DNA from: a virus
Direction: 5' to 3' (one strand)
Virus record (IMG/VR): IMGVR_UViG_3300014204_000586
Length of the DNA: 28,320 bases
A model generated the notes under the pieces. It saw only the letters and a list, made by a program, of their open reading frames with translations, did not search any database and was not told where the DNA came from. Positions 15,976-22,968 of the stretch are shown here, one piece after another (position 1 is the stretch's first letter; each line of letters opens with the position of its first letter). The translations under genes and the position numbers were made by a program.

Positions 15976-16541
15976 ACGAAGAGAAAACATATAGTTCTGA
16001 CCCAAAATATGTATTCACAACTAGATACAGTGATTTTGAGCTAGATACTAATAGACATCCAGAAGCTACGGTTACCTTACCGGCAAAAGACGGTTACGAC
16101 CTTAAATTGTTAGAACTGACTGTAAATATGTGTACTCAGTCAATAGGTAATACTGCATATTGTACATATCTTTTAAAAATCGATGGTGCAATATTTAACC
16201 CCAATTTAACACTAAAGACTACCTCAACTGGATACACTCCGATAAAAGCTTCAATTAGTAAGCAGATCAGGACCTCAAATGATGTAACCTTTTATTTACA
16301 TCTCAAAACCTCAAACTATGCTTCTAAAGCTATGGTAAAAAACTTTCAGATAAAATACAAATATGTAGCAAAAACCGTAAACGTGGCACCAGTCACACCA
16401 GAACAGGACACAAGCGAGGCGGAAAATTTGGAATATATATTATATATTTCCGGATCAGAAACGGATGTGGAAGCGGCAATTTCTGAACTTAAAAAAGAGT
16501 TTGGAGATAAAGCCACAGTGGAAACATATTCAAAAAAGTGA
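15972..16541 (+). CDS. Beta-sandwich protein paralogous to two inserted domains of the giant tail protein
   Basis: TLPA, GNTAY, TTSTGY, VTFYLHLKTSN align with tail-protein segments VLPA/GPTAY/TETSTVY/VTIRFYLKTSN and TLPA/TTNGTSY. Confidence 0.65.
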   Translation: MNEEKTYSSDPKYVFTTRYSDFELDTNRHPEATVTLPAKDGYDLKLLELTVNMCTQSIGNTAYCTYLLKIDGAIFNPNLTLKTTSTGYTPIKASISKQIRTSNDVTFYLHLKTSNYASKAMVKNFQIKYKYVAKTVNVAPVTPEQDTSEAENLEYILYISGSETDVEAAISELKKEFGDKATVETYSKK

Positions 16542-16545
16542 TTCA

Positions 16546-16791
16546 ATGGCAAAGGACAGGTACAAATTTAAAAGGGATAAATCAAATATGGCTCCGGGTT
16601 GTAACGTGCCCGGATACAAGCCAAAAAGGAATAAAAAACGGAGCAAGACCAATATAAACACAGAAAAGGTGAAATATATAACTCCAATCTGTCCCTTGGG
16701 TGGTAAATGTATTCAACCCCCAGGAGAGGACGGTTATAACCCTGCAAACTGTAAGAAATGCTCTAAGATGATCGAGGGTTTATCATGGTAA
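16546..16791 (+). CDS. Basic Cys-rich small protein (81 aa; likely start ATG 16546)
   Basis: Lys/Arg-rich N-terminus, CPLGGKC...CKKC. Start lies just after the upstream stop. Confidence 0.6.
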   Translation: MAKDRYKFKRDKSNMAPGCNVPGYKPKRNKKRSKTNINTEKVKYITPICPLGGKCIQPPGEDGYNPANCKKCSKMIEGLSW

Positions 16792-17195
16792 CGGCAGAAA
16801 AATTACCTGTAACTGAGATATCAGTTAAGCAGCGCGGCAGAAGGATTAAAACGGGTCTCATTCTAAAGGTCCCCATATGCCACTTAGGACAGTCAGAGTT
16901 TAACGAGCTCGTCAAACATAACCCAATGTACACTCAGGTACTTTTGTCTTATATACGCGAGCCTGAGAAGCTTAAAAAGGTCATTCCAGAAAAAGGCTTT
17001 GATGAGTATAGCTTATGGGACATTCAAAGATATATACACATTTGGAAATTCACAAGTAAAAAAGGTAATAAGTCAACTGTAATTGCTCCAAACAAGAAAG
17101 AGGCTATCAAGGCTTCCAGACTTCCAAAACACGAAATATTATTCTTGACCAGGTATAACAGAAACGGAAAAGCATTTCCGATTAAAAGATGGTGA
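16785..17195 (+). CDS. Hypothetical basic protein (136 aa)
   Basis: GAGGG SD, overlaps the upstream stop, in operon context. Confidence 0.7.
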   Translation: MVTAEKLPVTEISVKQRGRRIKTGLILKVPICHLGQSEFNELVKHNPMYTQVLLSYIREPEKLKKVIPEKGFDEYSLWDIQRYIHIWKFTSKKGNKSTVIAPNKKEAIKASRLPKHEILFLTRYNRNGKAFPIKRW

Positions 17196-17204
17196 GGCGA
17201 GTAC

Positions 17205-17660
17205 ATGAGTTACAAATGCACAGACAGACTTAACGCGGACGAGAACGGAAATATCACATGGAAAAATCAAGATAAGGTTTTTCTTTCTAAAAATCTTGCA
17301 TACCGAGACCAATTTGTTAAAAAAATAGTATCGGGTGCTACAAAATCCAAAACGAATAAAAAAACTTACATTGACCGGGAAGGCCGGCCATTTGTACTTA
17401 AAATGACTAATGATTACATCAGGCAAAACCCGACTACTTTTAAGAAGGGTAATTTCTTCCTGTATAGGGACCAGCATAAAAAGCTCAAAACCGAGAAAGG
17501 CTATTATGTGTTCATAGTCTTTAAAACACCTTCCGGATATGACCAGATGAAAATTGATTCAGATGCTTTCTTTGTTCGTGAGCACATGGAATGTATATGT
17601 TGGCAGAGTGTTCAACACCTGGCCGAGGAAAGAGGCACTGTGGAGGCGTTCGAGGAATGA
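17205..17660 (+). CDS. Hypothetical protein (151 aa), possibly degenerate PD-(D/E)XK-like fold
   Basis: GGTGAGG SD. The segment KGNFFLYRDQHKKLKTEKGYYVFIV resembles archaeal viral nuclease-fold proteins (weak). Confidence 0.65.
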   Translation: MSYKCTDRLNADENGNITWKNQDKVFLSKNLAYRDQFVKKIVSGATKSKTNKKTYIDREGRPFVLKMTNDYIRQNPTTFKKGNFFLYRDQHKKLKTEKGYYVFIVFKTPSGYDQMKIDSDAFFVREHMECICWQSVQHLAEERGTVEAFEE

Positions 17661-18148
17661 GTAAGAACACTAATAACGGCCATATAAAGTCTAATTACTA
17701 CAGGAACTTATATAACACAACTGCAAAAGAAACAGGGTTATATCAAGTTGAACTTAGCGAGATCTTACTCAACGATCTCGTTTTTAAAGCTAATTATTCA
17801 TTAGATAACTTGATTCCCGAGTTCAAAAAAATATATACCCATGTTCAGGACCCGGTTAATAAACAAAAGCTTGAGCAATACGCGGAGGCAGATAAAACCG
17901 TTAATATTGCTATCCGGGTTTCCTCACTTAGTTTAGTAAGATACATTGCCAGCAAAGCAAACGTGACTCATGAAAGTGTTATCATTTCCTTATTAGGTGA
18001 GAACATTATAAACTGTGATGACTTCGATACTCACCTATGGAACATTTTAGACTACTATTATTATATGTACACTTTGAAAAAATGGCAGTACATAGAATTC
18101 CTAACTAAGATACCAGGCTACAGCGAATATAGGAGTAACAGGAGATGA
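17657..18148 (+). CDS. Hypothetical protein (163 aa; likely start ATG 17657), with an internal RHH-like segment
   Basis: ATGA overlap with the upstream stop, GGAGG SD. VNIAIRVSSLSLVRYIASKANVTHESVIISLL has a strand-helix-helix pattern. Confidence 0.65.
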   Translation: MSKNTNNGHIKSNYYRNLYNTTAKETGLYQVELSEILLNDLVFKANYSLDNLIPEFKKIYTHVQDPVNKQKLEQYAEADKTVNIAIRVSSLSLVRYIASKANVTHESVIISLLGENIINCDDFDTHLWNILDYYYYMYTLKKWQYIEFLTKIPGYSEYRSNRR

Positions 18149-18196
18149 TAAACTATATATAATAGTATGATTAATTAGTATATGGTGATAAAACAA

Positions 18197-18508
18197 ATGG
18201 CTGAACTTAACTTAGGAACACTTGACCGGATGTATGGATTAAAACCTTTCCAGGGTTTTTTTGTAAAGTATAGAAATCAACCCTATAAAGGTACTCTCCA
18301 TTATTATAATGAGACTGAGAAAACGGCTTTGGTATCATTCCAGGAAAGAAACGGAGAATGGGGAAATCCTGAGGAATGCGATATTTCAGACCTTTACCTA
18401 TGGACTGAAGGTAAAACGCAAGTTAGAGTAATAACTCCATGCATAACCCTCTTTCAATGCTGGAAAAGTTTTAAGTGTTTTGACTGTCCGTACAAGGACG
18501 ACAACTAA
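18197..18508 (+). CDS. Hypothetical protein with C-terminal 4-Cys cluster (start ATG 18197 or 18182)
   Basis: GGTGA at 18184-18188 precedes ATG 18197. C-terminal CITLFQCWKSFKCFDCPY. Confidence 0.7.
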   Translation: MAELNLGTLDRMYGLKPFQGFFVKYRNQPYKGTLHYYNETEKTALVSFQERNGEWGNPEECDISDLYLWTEGKTQVRVITPCITLFQCWKSFKCFDCPYKDDN

Positions 18509-18570
18509 TTTATTTTTTTACAAATATGATATAATATAAGTGTAATATGTTATAACGGAGGTTTTTATAA

Positions 18571-18831
18571 ATGTCGTGTAATACAAAAGTAAACAGATTG
18601 CCTAGATTCAAAAGGCTGTATCCAAATGTATATTCGTATCGCGCAGAGCTGTTATATGGTAAGAGGTTCCAGCAAAAACTAAGAACCTCCAAAACATTTA
18701 ACCAGGTAAAAAGCACATTTGAGGAAGTAAACCCGGATTATTTCAACCGGCAGGACAGTATCATAATTACATATGGGACCCGTGCAGGCGGGACCCAGAA
18801 ACTTAGAACCAGAAAAGCAGGAGTGATTTAA
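18571..18831 (+). CDS. Hypothetical basic protein (86 aa)
   Basis: GGAGGT SD at 18559-18564, AT-rich promoter-like spacer upstream. Confidence 0.7.
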   Translation: MSCNTKVNRLPRFKRLYPNVYSYRAELLYGKRFQQKLRTSKTFNQVKSTFEEVNPDYFNRQDSIIITYGTRAGGTQKLRTRKAGVI

Positions 18832-18832
18832 G

Positions 18833-18934
18833 ATGGAACAGGTCAATTATTCAACCCCTATAAGTAACTATGAGGAACAGCTCGAAGAAAAAGGTTTTGT
18901 AGTAGTCGAATTTGAGTACAATGGAGGTTACTAA
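18833..18934 (+). CDS. Small acidic protein (33 aa, MEQVNYSTPISNYEEQLEEKGFVVVEFEYNGGY); not in the ORF track
   Basis: GGAGTGA SD. Exactly fills the gap between two genes, with its stop 1 nt before the next ATG (18936). Confidence 0.55.
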   Translation: MEQVNYSTPISNYEEQLEEKGFVVVEFEYNGGY

Positions 18935-18935
18935 A

Positions 18936-19526
18936 ATGATTAATGCCGGAACATATCGTTTAAACAGAAGGACAGGAAACAGTTTCTTTTTCAGAGACTT
19001 CTCTTTTTTGGAGTCTGATATCCAGGGATTTGCCGTTACTTACCTTCCAGATGGTGTAACCCTTCTTCATGGAGATATGGGTTACCTTGTATGGAAACGA
19101 AATGTTAACGGGTATGATTATGGATTCCCAAGCACAGACACATCTATAAGCTATTTTGCGGAGAAGGTCCAGAACTCCGGGTTAGATGATAAAGTCTATG
19201 TCTGGAACGCTGAAGACGCTATACAAGAGCTCAGGACCACCTTTAAAGAGAACTATGAGCCCGAGGAGCTGGAAGAACTCGAAAGCCTGATAGATTCCCA
19301 ATGTTGGGCAGATGTGCCGCCAGAGGTAGGAAGGTACCAGATGTTCCAGGACTTAGAGGAGAGGTTCCCGGATCTTGAAGACTGGTTTGAAACTGACTTT
19401 GGGACATCTATAAGCCCATTCTTTAAGTATAGATTCGAGATGTTGGTATCTGTTTCTGGAATCATACTTAATACTGTGAAAAACTGGCCACGAGTTCCGA
19501 CTTATACCCACCCGAGGCGCGGATAA
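18936..19526 (+). CDS. Conserved phage hypothetical protein (GDMG...YFAEKV family); likely start ATG 18936
   Basis: GGAGGT SD at 18923-18928. The LLHGDMGYLVW and ISYFAEKV motifs recur in uncharacterised bacteriophage proteins. Confidence 0.7.
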   Translation: MINAGTYRLNRRTGNSFFFRDFSFLESDIQGFAVTYLPDGVTLLHGDMGYLVWKRNVNGYDYGFPSTDTSISYFAEKVQNSGLDDKVYVWNAEDAIQELRTTFKENYEPEELEELESLIDSQCWADVPPEVGRYQMFQDLEERFPDLEDWFETDFGTSISPFFKYRFEMLVSVSGIILNTVKNWPRVPTYTHPRRG

Positions 19527-19666
19527 TGGCTTATACATTATGCCAGGACTGTAAATATAAAAACCGTCCATCTCCTTTTTGTTGGTTTTGGATGCGTACA
19601 ATAAAAAACCCGGTTTATGTATGTGAGCACAGGGTGACAGAAACTAGGAATGGGCTGATAAGGTGA
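19526..19666 (+). CDS. Small Cys-rich protein (46 aa, MAYTLCQDCKYKNRPSPFCWFWMRTIKNPVYVCEHRVTETRNGLIR); not in the ORF track
   Basis: TAATG coupling with the upstream stop, fills the gap, CxxC-x9-C-x13-C pattern. Confidence 0.65.
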   Translation: MAYTLCQDCKYKNRPSPFCWFWMRTIKNPVYVCEHRVTETRNGLIR

Positions 19667-19670
19667 GGTT

Positions 19671-19910
19671 ATGATCAGGGTTATAAGGGGGCTGTCTGCC
19701 CATTTCGAAGGGCAGGTATTCAAGCGTGAAACGGAATGCTGTTATAAGTTTGTATTGATCGGGAAAAAGGACCAAGAAGCTGAATGGATAGACATTTCAT
19801 GGCATTATACTATTAGTCTCGCCCGGGCTTCTATGCAGAGATGGGAGAAACTTTATCCTCTCTGCCGGGTCATTCCTGTAACATCTAACGAGTACATCCG
19901 GAGGACGTAA
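19671..19910 (+). CDS. Hypothetical protein (79 aa)
   Basis: GGTGAGG SD, in operon context. Confidence 0.65.
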   Translation: MIRVIRGLSAHFEGQVFKRETECCYKFVLIGKKDQEAEWIDISWHYTISLARASMQRWEKLYPLCRVIPVTSNEYIRRT

Positions 19911-19913
19911 ATT

Positions 19914-20156
19914 ATGGATTCAACGGAGGACATACGGGAATCACTTTTAAAATTGGATTTAGAAAAGCTCGAGACAGTAGAGCTGTTCAAGCTGCGAGAA
20001 GTCTTAAACCAGTTTTTCGCCGACGAGGCAGATTACTGGTATAATTACATGGCCGACGGTGAAAAACTCGAAGGCAGAGCACATTATATTTGTGCTCTTT
20101 TATTATGCAAGTATATTGAAGACATTCATAAAATACTACTATCACGGGCGATATAA
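19914..20156 (+). CDS. Hypothetical helical protein (80 aa)
   Basis: GGAGG SD, coupled to the downstream gene. Confidence 0.65.
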   Translation: MDSTEDIRESLLKLDLEKLETVELFKLREVLNQFFADEADYWYNYMADGEKLEGRAHYICALLLCKYIEDIHKILLSRAI

Positions 20157-20653
20157 TGGCTAAAAAAGGCGGGGCTAGCGTTTACATCGATCTTCAATTA
20201 AAGCAAATGGTTGACGTAATCGCGCCAATAATGGGAACCAGTTTATCGGAGTTAATAAACTCTAAAATGGAAGAGTATCTTTCAGAAAACTCCCCACTTG
20301 AAATTATAGACATGCAGATTCTTAAATTAGAGTCTGAACTTGCAGAGCTCCGCCTCGAACGCGAAAAGGTAGCAGGAGCCTTAAAAATACACGAAGTTAT
20401 ATCTAAGCATGACCAGGAAAGCCGAGCTAATAAAGAGAAGGCCGAGCGTGAAATACTCAAATTCAGAGAGGAAAAACTAAGCGACCCGGAGGCCATCAGG
20501 AGCTTAACTTACCAGGTAAAGCACAAAACGATTGATTGGAACGTCATAAAGACCAACATGTCTTTTGATACCGCCATAGATGCAAGAGAGGCGGTATTAA
20601 CTTATTTATTAGACATTGGTAAAATTACATCAGATGAATGTAGAAGCGTGTGA
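20156..20653 (+). CDS. Ribbon-helix-helix DNA-binding protein with coiled coil
   Basis: ASVYIDLQLKQMVDVIAPIMGTSLSELINSKMEEYL is an RHH pattern, followed by a heptad-rich region. Confidence 0.7.
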   Translation: MAKKGGASVYIDLQLKQMVDVIAPIMGTSLSELINSKMEEYLSENSPLEIIDMQILKLESELAELRLEREKVAGALKIHEVISKHDQESRANKEKAEREILKFREEKLSDPEAIRSLTYQVKHKTIDWNVIKTNMSFDTAIDAREAVLTYLLDIGKITSDECRSV

Positions 20654-20659
20654 TATCGT

Positions 20660-20706
20660 TTTCCAGTGGAAACTAAGCTATTTATATACTAAAAGTTCCA
20701 GTGGAA
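20660..20706. promoter_or_regulatory. TATA box (TTTATATA 20681-20688) flanked by two palindromic operators TTCCAGTGGAA
   Basis: TTTCCAGTGGAAA at 20660-20672 and TTCCAGTGGAA at 20696-20706, centres 35 bp apart. Confidence 0.7.
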
Positions 20707-20759
20707 ATGGGAAATGACAAGCGGCAGAACTTATAAAAGGTTTAGTGTAGGTGGATGAA

Positions 20760-21530
20760 ATGATAAATCGGCAACCGTTGAGCGAACAGTTAAGATTGGA
20801 CCCAGGGAGGGCACGGTTTCTAATGGAGCCTATTTTCGATCCTCGGGTAATACAGACAGATCCAGAGCTTAGAAGATTTCTGCAATATCTTAGAACAGAC
20901 ATTCCTACATTTCCAGGACCGAGAGTAGAGTACATAAAACATGATATCAATTATCTTGTTAAAGTTTCTAAGATGGTATTATTAGAATGTGCTCTTATAC
21001 TCGAGAATGAAGACTACGATGTAAAAGCTTTGATTCCTGATATTGGCAGTACGTTGTTTTTATACAGCCGAACATTACCGGGTATTGATGAGATATTCGA
21101 GCCGGGGACCTTTAGACCGGTATGCAGTCTATTTGATTATATAGTATCCTTTGCTATTGAAACTAAAGTAATCCACATGAATTCTGATATGGTGCCTAGA
21201 ATCACTGATAGAGGTTTACAGGTCTTATCTATGGAATGCCATGAATATTATCCTCTTGAAAAGGATTATAAGTTTCATCCTGAAGCTGTAGTCGAGTTTC
21301 TAAACATGGTTCTAAGCATGAATCCTGATGAGCTCATGCTATACTTTATAACAGACTATCCGGATTTAATCAGATCTAGCCTTCATAGACATATAGTTGA
21401 GAAAAAGAGGCGCAGTATTGCAGCATCGGTTTATAAGAAGGAAATCGTATCTTTAGAGAAGGGCGCAGAAATGGCCGGAGAATGTATTGAGACTTTCTTA
21501 CAGTACATTCAAGCACAAAGCTATTTATAA
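20760..21530 (+). CDS. Hypothetical protein with C-terminal UPF0175-like HTH (start ATG 20760 or GTG 20751)
   Basis: C-terminal AASVYKKEIVSLEKGAEMAGECIETFLQYI matches the A..LY..G.ISL.KAAE.AG....F pattern. Confidence 0.65.
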   Translation: MINRQPLSEQLRLDPGRARFLMEPIFDPRVIQTDPELRRFLQYLRTDIPTFPGPRVEYIKHDINYLVKVSKMVLLECALILENEDYDVKALIPDIGSTLFLYSRTLPGIDEIFEPGTFRPVCSLFDYIVSFAIETKVIHMNSDMVPRITDRGLQVLSMECHEYYPLEKDYKFHPEAVVEFLNMVLSMNPDELMLYFITDYPDLIRSSLHRHIVEKKRRSIAASVYKKEIVSLEKGAEMAGECIETFLQYIQAQSYL

Positions 21531-21620
21531 GAATAAGTAACTTGTTGATATTGTACTCAGTCCTTTAAAGACGGTCTGCCGTTACCGTCGTGTCTGACAT
21601 ATAAACCTGTATACCTCCGG

Positions 21621-21668
21621 ACTTATTGAGTTTGTTTATCACCTTTCAAGCTCAATAAGTATTTTTTT
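21621..21668 (+). terminator. Hairpin plus T-tract
   Basis: ACTTATTGAG (21621-21630) / CTCAATAAGT (21651-21660) followed by T7. Confidence 0.6.
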
Positions 21669-21758
21669 CACATCCTTTTTTAACAGCGTTAACAAATATT
21701 ATTTATACCATAGTGTCTTTTTAAGAGTGTACAAGAATCGTGTTGTTAACTCCTCTTT

Positions 21759-21798
21759 AGCCTGTCTGGTTATACCTTTCCAGACAGGCTTTTTTTTT
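21759..21798 (+). terminator. Hairpin plus T-tract
   Basis: AGCCTGTCTGG (21759-21769) / CCAGACAGGCT (21780-21790) followed by a T-run to 21798. Confidence 0.7.
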
Positions 21799-21849
21799 GA
21801 CTTTAGGACGAGATACAAAGATTTATATGTGTGACATATAATATACATA

Positions 21850-21987
21850 GTAAGGGGTTTTGGCCGGCTAACCGTCTATGAGTTATGCCGGTATAGCTGA
21901 GGCTATATTTTACATACTCACTGACTAACAAGGAAGTGAGTTATAAAGCGTTCTTGAATTATTTAAATAGTTTTCGTCTCTTTTTTA
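21850..21987 (+). ncRNA. Candidate structured small RNA (three consecutive hairpins)
   Basis: TATA-like TTTATATG at 21822-21829. Stems 21864-21891, 21892-21907 and 21916-21941. T6 at about 21981-21986. No ORF over 16 aa. Confidence 0.35.
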
Positions 21988-22000
21988 TACTCTCTAAACT

Positions 22001-22128
22001 TATAATATATTACAACTATAATATATTGCAACACATCATTACATCTTGATATAATAAACCGTTATCAGTAGACAATATACTATATTAATATATTACAAGT
22101 TAGATGATATATTAGTTATATATTATAG
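22001..22128. repeat. AT-rich direct repeats (TATAATATATT(A/G)CAAC x2, plus a partial third copy)
   Basis: Tandem 16-mers at 22001-22016 and 22017-22032, TAATATATTACAA at 22086-22098. Confidence 0.7.
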
Positions 22129-22167
22129 TAAAGACTAACATAGTTAGTACGTTTTACAAAATACAGC

Positions 22168-22368
22168 TCCACTGGAAGCCAGGTGGGGGGTCTAAAATAG
22201 TAACTATCTTATTGATACTATGTCTCTCGAAGCTTATTAAGAAACGTATAGCAAAGAAAAAACAGTCCATTGGAAACGGAGGTTTAAACGGTGATAATCC
22301 CGATAAAAGCAAATAATACAATAGTATATGTAAAAACAAGGATGTTTATAACCTATTTCCAATGGAGA
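22168..22368. promoter_or_regulatory. Three TCCANTGGA palindromes and the putative late/packaging promoter (TTTATAA 22345-22351)
   Basis: TCCACTGGA 22168-22176, TCCATTGGA 22266-22274, TCCAATGGA 22358-22366. Confidence 0.6.
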
Positions 22369-22431
22369 AAAACAAGCAAACATATAATAATCTATTGATG
22401 TATTAACATTTTTAATAGGTTCGGTGGTTAC

Positions 22432-22968
22432 ATGGGTAAAATATTAACTACGAATATGCGCCGAAAAATGGAAAAGGAAGCAAGAAGAAGAGAAGCAGTT
22501 AGGCTATATTTCGACGAAAATAAAAATCAAAAAGAAATAGCTCTGGAATTGGGTATATCAGTACCTACAGTTTCAGTATATCTTAAACAGACCCGCGAAG
22601 CATGGGCAGAAAGGGCAAACGTTACAATCAATGACCATGTTAACCGGGAGCTAGCAAATATTGAAAAGCAGGAAGCTAATATATATCAATGGCTAGACTT
22701 CTTTAAGCTGGACCCGGACGACCCACAACAAACATCCAGAAACTCACCCGAGGCGAGGAAATGGCTTGAGTTATGGATCAAGTTAGCAGCCAGAAAGGCC
22801 GCGTTATTAGGATTAGATAAGGCTAAAAAGTTCGAAGTTGAATCCGGGCAACCTGTAATAATAAACCTGCTTCCTGTAGATGGAAGCCAGGACGACAGGC
22901 CGGAAATAATAGAGGGTAAATTTACGGAAGTAGACGAAGAAACAGAAGGGGACGAAGAGGACTATTAA
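22432..22968 (+). CDS. terS: Terminase small subunit (HTH-containing)
   Basis: N-terminal HTH (NQKEIALELGISVPTVSVYLKQ), LLGLDKAKKFEV motif, acidic tail, coupled to the large subunit by TAATG. Confidence 0.75.
   Translation: MGKILTTNMRRKMEKEARRREAVRLYFDENKNQKEIALELGISVPTVSVYLKQTREAWAERANVTINDHVNRELANIEKQEANIYQWLDFFKLDPDDPQQTSRNSPEARKWLELWIKLAARKAALLGLDKAKKFEVESGQPVIINLLPVDGSQDDRPEIIEGKFTEVDEETEGDEEDY

Noticed and set aside
21563-21620. 11-aa minus-strand ORF (MSDTTVTADRL) behind GGAGGT
   Set aside because: Too short, SD spacing is long (12 nt), and it overlaps a hairpin. Cannot be supported.
22154-22339. 61-aa minus-strand ORF upstream of terS
   Set aside because: No SD, low-complexity hydrophobic composition typical of antisense AT-rich DNA, and it overlaps the palindromic sites.
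22332-22343. AAAACAAGGAT (and GTTAAAATC near 5110) resembling parts of Methanosarcina CRISPR repeats as I recall them
   Set aside because: Only 9-11 nt of AT-rich match, lacking the 3' ATTGAAAC handle. Expected by chance.
21531-22431. Possible CRISPR mini-array or DGR template repeat in the long non-coding region
   Set aside because: No regularly spaced repeat-spacer units, no A-specific mismatched copy of any tail gene segment seen, and no reverse transcriptase in the window.
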